DNA of 64,000 nucleotides, taken from Takakia lepidozioides. Taxonomy: Eukaryota > Plantae > Bryophyta. Each line of letters begins with the position of its first letter. The first letter of the stretch is position 1. The translations under genes and the position numbers were made by a program. The notes beneath the pieces were generated by a model, which saw only the letters and a program-made list of their open reading frames with translations, ran no database searches and had not been told where the DNA came from. This document shows, in pieces, positions 47,663 through 60,217 of the stretch. Where the stretch lies: assembly GCA_030704615.1 (NCBI GenBank), contig CM060731.1:58218001-58282000 (forward strand). Reading direction: 5' to 3'.

Positions 47663-49215
47663 ATTTTCCAGGCAATGCTGTGCATTGAAGTTCTTGTGAT
47701 TGCATGCTTATTTTCACATTTAAGACATTTTCCATCATTCAAAGTAAAAATTTATGACCTTCTTTTCTTTTCCTTTTTTGATTTTTTTAGGAAAAAGTTT
47801 AACGCAGTGCATATCCCTAGGCTTTACGCCTTATTTGGACATTTTATCTACACTCATTTATTGTACTACTAGGTTAAATAGGGGCATTTCTCAGCTCAAC
47901 AAACAATCTGGTTTTTACTGCGTTTGTGTCCCTGCATCCTTCAAATTCAACTAAAGGACTAGGTCAATGTAGAATAAGGATACTGTAATCCTTCCAAAAT
48001 TGCTTTGTTATGAAATCCTGAACACAGTAGTGCCAGTACAACACCCGATTTCCCCTTTTGCTGATGACCACGGTTCCATCCAATTGATGGCTCACAAAGT
48101 AATTGAAACCACTGCTCCTAGTGGCACATGATGACAGATTCTCATACAAGGGGTTGCATGGATAATTGCTGTACACCATGACATTACAGGCACTCCAACG
48201 TAGCCATGGAGTCCTCACCGTAGGGATCTTTTGTTACATCTCTGTAGTCCAGGGGATGATTTTGGGACCACCTACGATGATCAGTAGCCACTAGGACGTT
48301 GGTTTGTGCTGCAGATCAGTACTCGTGTTGGTCTGGTACTACATTTTCAACGAGGATTCTAGGTATGTGGGTTTTCAAAGTTTTCAATACCAGCAGATTT
48401 TAACTATTTCAGAGGGAAAAACCTGTTGATACTTGATAGTGAGTTCTAAATATTGGGTCAATATATAACTAGGATAATTCAATCGTTAGCAATATGGTAT
48501 AGCCTGGCCCTTAACCTGATAATAGATCTGGTACTAGCGGATCGCATTTGCAGCCTGGTAGGTTCCTCAACTAGGTATTGGAACTCTTCACACCAGCCAG
48601 TTCGGTTCTGTCATACTAGTGTTGATACCAGAGGAAACCCAATTTACCAGAGCAACACTGTTCCTAGCATCCAGGTCTGGTAGTTCTAAAATTTAATCAT
48701 GTCAGCTTTCATATACACTAAATAATATTACAACTAAATGGAGAGCAATAGCACTGATGTAAGATAGCCGCTTTTGTGGACTGTCAAATTTTTCTCACCT
48801 CTGGAGAGTGATACAAATTAGAGTGAGAGCATTTTAAACTCTTTAATAGAGAGTTGGTGGGGGGGGTTTGACAGGGGACTGAGGTTGATTTTTATTTATT
48901 TATTTATTTATTTTTATTGTCGAAAGTATACCGGCAAATTGTATGCTTGCATTAACTTCTTACATTATTTATATGGTTCTCCCAATTGAATATGTAACTT
49001 GTCATATAATATAATCCTCTCTGGGCTCGGCCTGGCTTCTTCGGGGTTGAAAATTTTCCCCATATTAGTAAAATTGAACGTCCCTCAGGAAAAAAGAATA
49101 TAGTAGGATGGAACATTGCAACGGCAACAATCACAATTTCTTTTGTGTATGTAGGAATGGCCATTGTTTATTCCCTTCTAGATCCTTTGAAAGCAAACTG
49201 TCTAGGTGATAATGT

Positions 49216-51042
49216 TTAAGCGCCTGAGTACTTGTCAGCGATCTCCAGTAGATGCTGATGAAGCTTTTGCGTTGCCGAGAAGAACGGGCTGTGATCTGAT
49301 TTGATGTCGATGATCTCAGTGGGTTGGTTGTTGGGTTCACTCAAGAATGCGGCAGTTTGTTTCGCAGCAGGTATGATGTTGTCGTCTGATGTCCTGATGT
49401 AAATTGTTGGAACTGTTCCATAATTTCCAGCCGTACATTGGGTTGTATGTGACCCATTGACCAGGCAGAAAGGAACAGGCTTAATCAGCATTGAAGCCAA
49501 GGCCACATCCTGTACCACTCGAGAAATTGTCAATCGATTTTCTCTGTGTAGTATCACTGCGTACACTGATCGCAACACAGCTCTAGATCATAATAGTTCA
49601 AACATGTAAGTAGTGTCAATTTATTGTTAGCGTTTATCAGAAGTCTGCAATACAACTTATACTAACACTCTAGAGACTTCAGTTATAGTAGGCTCTTGGG
49701 TTCTCTTTGGGTGCGACAGCGAGAAGACATTCTTTCACATACGATGATCATTCTTCACTTGACAATTGGTGACAATATTCCAACGAGAAGTTCACCTCAC
49801 CTAGGAAGGACTGCGCAGGTAGAAGACCTCAGGGGTGCAAGTTGAATGCTGTTGGCGGGTTTTCAGTGCCATTGCCAAAAGTGATTTCAACATTTCCTGG
49901 CGTTATGTCCAACTCGCAATATTGCTGCATCCACTGCACAAAACCAAAGGGAAGAAGGTCCCGAGCTGTGCTCAATATGCCTGAATTCTTATATATCAGT
50001 TTGCTGGTATTAAACATGTGAAGTTTCACTTGACAATATTCTGTTCATGATGGTCCATAATTGGTACCTTGATAAAAGAACATCTATTACACTTGCAGAG
50101 GGAGGCTTGTTGCCAACAAGTGTACAGGTGGAGCAATGGCTGAACGACCCTAAAAAGATATCCTGCAAGAAGGTCTACATACGCTCGTCTCTTGAAGTCT
50201 GATTGGGGTACTGTAAACAGATGTAGGATTCAATCTGACCGTGTACATAGATCTGAAGACAGACACACTTGCTCGCAATAAATTTACAATTTTTTTGCAG
50301 GTTTCCAGATGGTCCATCGTACCTCCGGGGTCACTGATGTCCCATTGGCATGAAAATGGCTGTTACAAAGACGCCTACCGCAATCTTGTGAGGGAAATTC
50401 TCCATGGCATGTGTTACACTCAAGCCTCCCATGCTGTGACCCACCAGTACGACCTGAATGCATACATATAGGTACACTTACAGATCCATTAATCAGTCCC
50501 TCCTCAGGACAGTTTCCTTTGTGAACATTCAAGCTCCAAGTAGCAGGAAACACCAAGGATCCAGGACCTCCATATTGAACTATCATGAAACTGTTTGAAG
50601 AATACTAGTGAGTTAGAAACCTTCATTTGATCTATCTCGACAAAAGTACAACCAGTTGATACTCCAATTACAGTTGGTTGACCAACCCAAAATTTACACA
50701 GTCGGGTATGAATGTCAAGAAGTCAATCTCTTGTTCAAACATGATCTCGAACTTTGAAAGATGCTGAATCGAGCTAAGCTAGAGCTAGGTCCAGGGTCGG
50801 GAGTGAATTGGCGATCTCACCTTCTCACTGTCAGGGAGAGAGAGTAGGAGGTCAACGAATGGTTGGTTGTACTCAGTGAAGGAGGTGACTAAGTTGGCGT
50901 CAGCGGGATGTTTGCCGCAGCTAGCAAGGTCGATGGTAGTTACTTGATGTCCAGCACGTTGCAGCAAGTCTACTGTTTTGTACCAACACCATGCGCCATG
51001 ACCTCCCCCATGCACCAAAACAAAATGGTGTATTTTCCCCAT
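49216..51042 (-). pseudogene. SABP2/MES-family methylesterase (alpha/beta hydrolase), disrupted
   Basis: Exons 51042-50821 (HFVLVHGGGHGAWCWYK), 50453-50323 (GHSMGG; 131 nt, frameshifted), 49933-49801 (frameshift/stop, ends in TAG), 49509-49216 (SDDNII, SDHSPFFS). The catalytic triad is recognisable. Confidence 0.85.
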
Positions 51043-52869
51043 TTGTGTTTCAGAGCTGTATAATTCTGCGAGTTCGAAGTCTGCAGAGACCTGATTCATA
51101 CAACGAACACGTTATGTCAAGATTCATACATGTTGTACAGCTAACTTGTTCAATAATTTAATCTCCCGGATCCAGAGAAGCCTTAACTTAGATCAAGAAC
51201 TATTCTGGACATGGATGGTTTTGTCCTGCAGCAGCTGGTATAAAACGCCATGCAGTTAGTCTAGAGGTCTCAATGCCTGCTCGGGCAGATCATATATCTC
51301 TAGGTTTTCTCGTCTCTGACTCTATGGTCAAGACCGAAGCAGCCAACTCTGTATAGCTTCCTGACTCGGGCGGATTATCTGATGTTCATATATCACAAAT
51401 ATATCACACAAGTTTGTAGAGAAGACTCATGTATATGCAGGAGCCTTTAAGCTTGCATGTATGATTACGGTCGGGCACTCGAGATCTAATTCTTGATGCT
51501 GCACGTTGGTACATAATTACAACGATGTACTGTACAGCAGGCCAGCTCGGCTTATATGAACTAGGAGACGTTAATCAAACTAGTACGATACAACTACAAC
51601 TTACGTGTCTGGAAATCTTGGACTTGCAAGGTGCAGGCTGTAATCTGGAGGGATCAGAGCTAGAGAGAATGTACTCGTAGAACGTTGCGAGAGAGAAAGA
51701 AAGAGAGAAAACTTTCTTGCAGCCGTACGTACAAGACTCACTCGATCGAACCCAGCCACCCTGCTCCACTAGTGCCCCAAGGAGGAAGGAACCTCCCTAA
51801 CGAAAGGAAAGGAACACAAAAAGGAACACAAAAAGCTGCGGAAGAAATTACAATATGCGACAGAAAGTTTGCGTGCATCACTGTTGCCTAACTACCTCCC
51901 TTCGGCCGTATCGATCACTGGCCGCTTTGTCTGATCTTTTCGAGAGCACTTGCATCACCTCCCATATGTTAATTTTGAAAATGCCCATGGATCTCATGTT
52001 GCAGCTAAATTGGTCGGGAATCTCTAGAGCGGAATGCTTCAGTTGATTCCAGTAGAGAATAGCCCACTTATAGGGCTTTTGTAAGGCATCGTACATCACT
52101 GGGCCCCCTGCCGCCGCAAAGCCACCATTCTGGAAACCTCACAAGATCCGCCCTCTTTTCCTGTATCGTCACATCCCCATTTCACAATCGTGTCGTTATT
52201 GAAGCTGACAATGCGATCGTGGTGCACCAAGTTCACGCTGACGTAAGTTTTTGCGCTGACTAAGTTATAGTGAGCTCAATGTCATTATTACACTCCAATG
52301 CAAGTTGTCTGATGCCAGGGCCCCTGACATGTACCCTTACAATATTTTTCTCTATTCTGCTGGCAGATTTTCGAGACGCTGTCGCAGCTTCCATTTGGCT
52401 CAATTTAGCTGTGGAGATCAAATCTTTGAAATTGGTTGTAGAGTGTTGGAGACAGACTGTACCATGTTGGCGCAGTTGTTGATGGTTTCTCAAGTTCTAC
52501 TCTTGCTTTGTAGTGTCTTTGGGTAAGCTATAAGATGTTTCTCTACCATGAAAGATGAGATGGTCAAAATCCAGTACTACGTTTCTGCAAATACGGTCCT
52601 CACTAACATGGAACTAAGACTAAACTATCTAAACAGCTACTTCACCACAAACCAGCTTCCAACATTCACTCTCATGACTGGTGTACTCAGACAGGCCAGT
52701 GTTTTGATTACTGACCTGCAATATTGGGACATTGGTATTGTCTTTCCTACATCCTTTGCATACCAGTTGTTCACTGTTTTGGCTGTCCCGATGGTTGATT
52801 ATCATAGTGGTGCTTATCAAACTATTGAACTCGACGCACATCCTTCATACTCCCACGTTTGGCATACAT

Positions 52870-55800
52870 TGTTGGAAGTAATTAAACATATCTACAACCA
52901 GACATACTGACAAGTCACAGTTAACAATAGAGATAAGCCTCGGTTAGCTAAAAGATAGCTAAAGTTAGCTTTAGTTATTAGTGACTCAAGTCATTGTACC
53001 AGAATAGCAAGTGGAGATAACTTAAGTAAAAGCATGGAGTTATGCTATAGTTATCTCAGCTATTCTAGATTAGACTTTGAGTATAAATACTTTGGGTGGA
53101 GAGTTCTCAGTAATCAGTTTAAGCTTTAGTCTAAGACTTTAGTTCTTGCTCAATTCTAACATGGTATCAGAGCCATTCTTCTCTAGGTAAGAGTTGGTAG
53201 TTGAGATTGAGAGAACTTGATTATGGCTGGAGCGTCATCTTCTAGCAATCCTCCTTCTATGTCTATGACGAGTGCGTTAGATGTGAGAGTGGAAGATCGA
53301 TTCAATGGAGCTAACTATCAAACCTGGAAGTTTAGGATGGAGATGGTTCTTCTAGACAAAGATCTATGGGGAGTGGTTGATGGATCAGTCCCAAGACTTG
53401 ACACTATTGTTAGCCAAGGCATATGGGATAGGAAAGATCAGAAAGCAAGAGCTAGCATCATCACAAGCTTGAGAGACAATCAGTTGCATCTCATTATAAG
53501 CGCTAAGAATGCTAAGGATGTTTGGGATAAGCTAGCAAGCATATATGAGACGAAGGATGTCACATCGCAAGTGTATGCGACGCAGAAGTTCTATGGTCTG
53601 AAGATGACCGAGTCAGACTCAGTTGAACAACACTTGAATTTGTTTTGTGTGTTGCGAGATCAACTAGTTTCTGTGGGAACTAATGTGACTGATGAACACG
53701 CCGCAGTGGTGTTATTGGCAACCTTACCTGAATCCTATGATGGTTTTGTGGTGTCCCTAGCAGGACAAACCAACTTAACTATTGATGTTGTCATAGGACT
53801 TCTCCTCAAGGAGGAAACAAGAAGAAAAGGTCAAGGTACGTCTACAGAGGTAGACAGAGCTTTGTTCACAGGCAAGACTGGAGTAGTCTTGAATAGAAGA
53901 CTCCCTTCACATATGTCTCAGAAGTCCCAGAGGTTTCAGAAACCTCAATCTAGCTCAAAGATCAAAAAGCCCAAAGTAAGATGCTTTTATTGCAAGAAAC
54001 TTGGTCACATGATCAAGGATTGTAGAAAGCGCATTGCAGATGAGCGCAGCAGAGAGAGTCAAGGAAACATAGCTATTCATCAGAGGAATGCTATTTTATT
54101 TGTTGTGTCTCTCTCAGCCACTACTAGACAGAAACATGTGTGGTATGTTGATTCAGGAGCATCTCAACATATGAGTTCAGAGAAAGAGCATTTCTTATCC
54201 TATAGATCTCTTTCACCTACACAATATGTTCTTTTGGGAGATGATAGCAAACATGCCATTAGTGGGGAAGGCTCAGTCTCTCTTATGCTCAATGAAGGGG
54301 AAACCATAGAGGTGGAAAATGTCCTACATGTCCCTACTTTAACAAAGAACCTGTTGTTTGTAAGGCAAATTGTTGCAAAGGGATACAGAGTGGTATTCCA
54401 AGATGAGAGTTGTACTATCACAGATAGCTCAGGAGCTGTGGTAGCAAGAGCTATTCTTGATAATTGCTTGTATAGATTACAACATCATGTCTCTAGTGCT
54501 CTTACCACATTTTCACCACAGTTGGGATCTACACCTGTCATGTCAGAAACAGAGTTGTGGCATAGAAGGTTAGGTCATGTGAGCATTAAGAAGTTGAGAC
54601 AGATGCAACTCTCAAGCCATCTTGTGGAAGGACTACCATTGAAGGAGATGAGCGATATGCGTCTATGCAAAGGTTGCTTGGAAGGGAAGCAACATCGAGG
54701 TCAATTTCCTAAGGATGGTGGACGAAGAGCCACAAGTATATTGGAGATTGTACATTCTGATGTGTGTGGGCCAATGCAAACCACATCACTTGGAGGAGCA
54801 AGGTACTTTGTGACATTCATTGATGATTTGTCAAGGAGGGTTGTGGTGAATTTCTTAAGACAGAAAATCAAGTGCTAGAGAAATTCAAGGAGTTCAAAGT
54901 ACTTACAGAAAAACAAACTGGAAAGCCTCTTAAGATTTTGAGATCTGACAATGGTGGTGAGTACATCTCAAAGGCTTTCAATCAGTTTTGTCAAGAGAAT
55001 GGAATAGCTCGACAGTTTACTGTTCCATATACACCTGAGCAGAATGGTGTAGCTGAGCGGATGAATAGATCACTACAAGAATCTGCAAGGAGTATGTTGA
55101 AAGAAGTGAATCTTTCAAATCATTTTTGGGCAGAAGCTGTTGGCACTGCAACCTATCTTCACAACAGAATACCTACCAAATCAGTGTTGGGAAAAACACC
55201 AGAAGAGGTATGGAGTGGTCAGAAGCCTAGTGTGGCTCATTGTAGGATTTTTGGATGCCGTGTATATGTCCATATCCCTACTCAGAAGCGAAAGAAACTT
55301 GACTCCAAATCAGAAGAATGCATCTTCATTGGCTACACAGAAGGTGTAAAGGGATATAAGTTGTTCAATAAGACAACTAAGGCTGTCAAACACAGTAGGG
55401 ACGTAGTGTTTGATGAAAGCTTCATACCCTCTTTGGTAGTGGGAGAAGATGACATGGGAATGAGCTTAGAGCCATTACACCATTTTCAAAATGAGTCTTA
55501 TGAGGAGCCAATACAAGAGATGGCTGAAGCAAATGATGGAGGTGTTCAACTTGATGGAGTTGATCAAGGAGTCGAAGTTGGTGAACCACTTGTTGATATG
55601 GACTCTAGAGATGAAATTGAAGATGTGCCAATTCTAAGAAGATCTCAGCGGGAAAGAAAAACTCCTAGTAGGCTGATTATATCTATGAGTGCCATTGAAG
55701 CTATGGAAGAAGCATCACAAGTGGTTGAGCCTGCTACTTATGAGGAAGCGATGCGCTCTCCAGACAACCTACAATGGGAAGAAGCAATAAACTCAGAGTT

Positions 55801-57666
55801 GGATTCATTGATGCAAAACAAAGCATGGACACTCACTAGGTTGCCTACAGGACGAAGAGCCATTGGTTGCAAATGGATCTTCAAGTTGAAGTACAAAGCT
55901 GATGGATCTATTTACCGGTACAAAGCTCGTCTTGTAGCTAAGGGCTATACACAAATTCAAGGAGTGGATTACAATGAAACATTTTCACCAGTGGTGAAGA
56001 TTTCTTCTATCAGAATGTTGCTAGCTCTTGCAGCTCAATATGATCACGAAGTTCATCAAATGGATGTTAAGACCGCATTTCTGAATGGAGAACTACAAGA
56101 AGAGATCTACATGAGACAACCTGAAGGGTTTGTACAGGGAGGAAGTGATATTGTGTGTAAGCTGCAAAAGAGTTTGTATGGACTCAAACAAAGTCCTCGA
56201 GCTTGGTATGCTAGGATCGATGCTTACCTCTTAAAAGCAAGATTTGAGCGAAGCATTGCTGACACAAACATCTATGTGAAAAAAAAATGGGAAAGCAATT
56301 TGTGGTCATAGCTCTATATGTGGATGACACAATCATTGTCACCAACGATCATCAAAGGTTGTTGCCAGAAACCAAAGCACTGTTAAGTGCTGAGTTTGCC
56401 ATGACTGACATGGGTGAGATTCGGTTCTGTCTTGGTATTCAAATCAGCAGAGATCGATTGAACCATACAATATTCATGCATCAACGACAATACATTGAGA
56501 CAATTCTACAAAGGTTTAAGTTGGAGATGAGTAAGCCAACATCAACTCCTCTCGAAGTTGGTTTGAAACTTACGAAGGATATGGCACCTAAGACTCAAGA
56601 AGAGCAAGAAGATATGAGGAAAACTCCTTATCAAAGCGCAGTCGGCAGTTTGATGTATTGCATGGTTTGTACTAGGCCAGACATTGCACATTCAGTGGGA
56701 GTGGTCTCACAATTTCTTTCAAATCCCGGACAAACCCATTGGAAAGCAGTGAAGAAGATATTTCGATATCTAAGAGGAACATCAACCTCTGGTCTACTCT
56801 ATAAGAGAGTGGAAGATCCAAGTTTGTTGGGGTTTGCTGATGCTGACTGGGCAGGAGACATTGATAGTAGAAAATCAACTTCAGGCCATTGTTTCCTCCT
56901 AGCAGGTGGAGCTGTATCTTGGTCTAGCAAACGACAAGTTGCAACAGCGTTGTCATCAACAGAAGCTGAGTACATGTCCATTACACAAGCAACAAATGAG
57001 GCTATTTGGTTACGGAAGTTGCTTGGAGATTTGGATTATCTCCAATCACTACCTACGACTCTCTATTGTGACAATCAAAGTGCGATTGCACTGAGTCAGA
57101 ATCCGAAATATCATTCAAGGACGAAGCACATTGAAGTGCAACATCACTACATACGAGAAGTTGTATGCAAGGGAGAGATCAAGATGATCTATTGTGCTAC
57201 AGGAGATATGGTTGCGGATATTTTGACGAAGAGTCTACCACAAACAAAACACATAAAGTGTTCAACCTTACTTGGTGTCTCTTCTCCAAAGACAAACGAA
57301 GTAGCTCAATGATATGGTTTAATTGAGTGGGAGTGTTGGAAGTAATTAAACATATCTACAACCAGACATACTGACAAGTCACAGTTAACAATAGAGATAA
57401 GCCTCGGTTAGCTAAAAGATAGCTAAAGTTAGCTTTAGTTATTAGTGACTCAAGTCATTGTACCAGAATAGCAAGTGGAGATAACTTAAGTAAAAGCATG
57501 GAGTTATGCTATAGTTATCTCAGCTATTCTGGATTAGACTTTGAGTATAAATAGGGAGAGCTCGGAGGGTGGACACAGCTTGTTGTGGTCCCATGGTTGG
57601 GTGGAGAGTTCTCAGTAATCAGTTTAAGCTTTAGTCTAAGACTTTAGTTCTTGCTCAATTCTAACA
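52870..57666 (+). mobile_element. Full-length young Ty1/copia LTR retrotransposon
   Basis: LTRs 52870-53161 and 57334-57666 (TG..CA); TSD TACAT; PBS TGGTATCAGAGCC 53162-53174 (tRNA-iMet); PPT ~57325-57333. Confidence 0.97.
53223..57312 (+). pseudogene. Copia gag-pol polyprotein with two frameshifts
   Basis: Gag, zinc knuckle CFYCKKLGHMIKDC, protease VDSGAS, integrase (HSDVCGP, RSDNGGEY, NGVAER), RT (QMDVKTAFLNG, YVDD), RNase H (ADADWAG). Frame breaks at ~54865 and ~56285, both in A-runs. Confidence 0.92.
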
Positions 57667-57800
57667 TACATGTCAACAAAAGCAGTCTCCAAATTAATGT
57701 ATGACTCAATTCCAGCTTTGATGATGCTAGCATGAACCTGTTTGCCCTTTTCCGAGGATCCTAGGATAACACATGCATTGAGAACTGAAATGAATATGAC
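57667..57800 (-). pseudogene. Isolated PLS-PPR fragment, continuing at ~52869-52830 on the other side of the copia
   Basis: FISVLNACVILGSSEKGKQVHASIIKAGIESYINLETAFVDMY joins AKRGSMKDVRRV across the TSD. Confidence 0.85.
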
Positions 57801-58257
57801 CCCTCGCCCCTTCCCAATGCATTTGCTCATACATAACCCCCAATGCAGCTGGTCTTGTTTGAGCACTTCTGTCTCAAGTCTGGTAACCTTGAACTTTTCT
57901 GTGTAGACCACCAGAGGGCAGCTGGGCAGCCATGGCTTCATAGACCAGATTACACCGCCTACGCTCAACTAGGGAACCAACTTGAACAATCCAATTTTCC
58001 TGCCTGCTAATAAGGAACACTCATAGCAACAGCAGGACTGCTTCTGCTGATGTTTTGTAACAAAAAGAAACTTTTGCTATTAATCTAAGCAACTGGTGGA
58101 GGTACAATCAAGTCCTCAAAACATCATCATGCCAGCAAGTTCTTGTTGGCGAACTCCAAGCTTTAATTAAGTCTGCCTCACCTTATCAAAACCATTGTCC
58201 CACCACTGCGAACAATGTGAGAAGAAGTGCTGCCAGAGCTTGTCCTCTGCTCATTAA

Positions 58258-58292
<35 letters not shown>

Positions 58293-58293
58293 A
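58258..58293. repeat. (CT)n(CA)n microsatellite
   Basis: Direct reading. Confidence 0.9.
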
Positions 58294-60217
58294 TAAACAT
58301 GCAATGAATGGAAAGGGAAAAACGAATTTGGAAGAATCAGTCATTTCAGAGAAGAGCCGACGGAACGATCAAGGGTGTCGTATTAAGGTCTGGTTTCAAC
58401 AACAGTCCTGTATGAAGATGAGGTGAACCAAACAGGTGTAGATTCTGCTGAGATGGGTGCCCTCATCCCCTCCAACCCAAAAACGCACGCAAAGAGTTAC
58501 ACACCTTTCTTTATTTGCTCTGCAGGTTGGGGCCCTGCATCGCCAATGTTGCATGCCAATTCGACTCCATAGCCAGGTCCTTTGTTCCGCTGCAGGATGT
58601 AGGCCTCCAGCAGTATCTACGCAAGAAGAAAACATCGCGTTGGCCATAGCTGGCGCCATCGTGTCGCTCAATTTGTTCTTTGTGGCGGAAATCTCGACCT
58701 GCAGTCTTCGAACCACTGCAATCCACCGAAGGAACTGCGAATGGGGTGATACAGTGCCCAGATATACCTCTGTACATCCCAGAATGTTTGCTCAAAACCA
58801 GCAGCTTTGGCATGTAAACCGTCACGGGTGCCACGCCATTGCAGTGACTGAAGTGGTCCAATTCCTTCCACAAACTTCAATTTGAGCTATTGAGCTGGGA
58901 TGACAACATGATGCGGCTGCCCGCAGGCAGAGTCCAAGATCATGTCTTCTTCTTCGGCTGAACTCCCGGGAGGCCTCACATCGTGCAAGATTGCAAAGGG
59001 CGTGGTTATGGAGCTGCAATGCGATTCCACCTGGGCAATGCCGGGCCTGATATCCTTGCAATTGGTTGCTATGGGGCTTTCGCAGCCTGCAGGCAAACGG
59101 CTAGGTACAATGTCACTCTGTGCTTGTTGTTGCGGTTCCTTTCTGATATCTCTCTTCTCGTTCCAGCCATGGCATATCCCCATAGCCCCCGCGGTCATAT
59201 TTTGTCTGAGGGTGAAAGTCATGCAAAGCTCGTCCATAGCCCGTGGGAATTTCGGTGAGGTATAATGCACTTCTTAGTGTGCAAGGCTAGTAACGGAAGA
59301 TGTGCAATACGCATTGTTGTGCTTCCTCTGTAGCAATGCAGAGCCAAAATTGCTAGTCACGCTGAGGGATGAGAGATTCACCGTCATTGATATCAATCCT
59401 CCCAGAGCCGGTTTTCCATTTCTATCCAGCAGGGCATAGAGCGCCTCGGCACAGCCCACCCGATTTCAGACAGAGGAATTGAGTGCTGATGTAAGGCTAG
59501 TTAATTCGAGCAAAGTTGCACTAGCCCTGAAACCAAAACGTTGCGACAGATGTCTATTGTTGCTAAGTTAGGCGCAACAAAGCCCTGATAGCAATCAACA
59601 TTCTCGAGAAATGAAAGGGGAATGGATATTATGGAAAGAATTGACGGCGTTCCATCGATAACTTGGAGCTGCTAAAGGTCTAAGTTTTTATAGTGCTTGC
59701 ATTCAGGCCAGGAAATGAGCAAAGAACAGCTGTGGCAGGAGTTCTTCTCCAATCCTTCACAATGGGGGGGACAACAGCTTTGATAAGGTGAGGCTATCTT
59801 CACTTAAGATTTGGAAAATTTTATCAATGGGGTCTTGTAATTGCAGCTGCCATGATGGTGTTTTGTGGATTAGACTGTGTCTTCAGTTTCCAGGGCTCCT
59901 GCAAATTTTGCTCTCCATCCGAGAAAAAGGCTGCAAAACTGAGAATCTTGCTGTTGCTGTCAGTAGGTCGTTTTTCCTATATAGCAGGGCATGACAGAAG
60001 GTTGTTCAAGCTTGTTTGTCCGAAAGATGCTTGGAGCTTTGGTTGGTATAGTCTGGTCTACATGAGGCTGTGCTTTGAAGGAAGCCCCGGCTGCTTTCCA
60101 CTGGTCATTTCCACAGAAAATCCAAGCTCTCCAGACTTACGACATAAGCACTCCAAGGAGCCCCTCCTGATTGAGGGTTGGTCTAACCCTCCTTGGGTTA
60201 AAGCAGAGTTAGCTGCG

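Noticed and set aside
58396-59459. Gene(s) divergent from the PPR
   Set aside because: Several overlapping 60-140 aa ORFs with no recognisable motifs or consistent splice model
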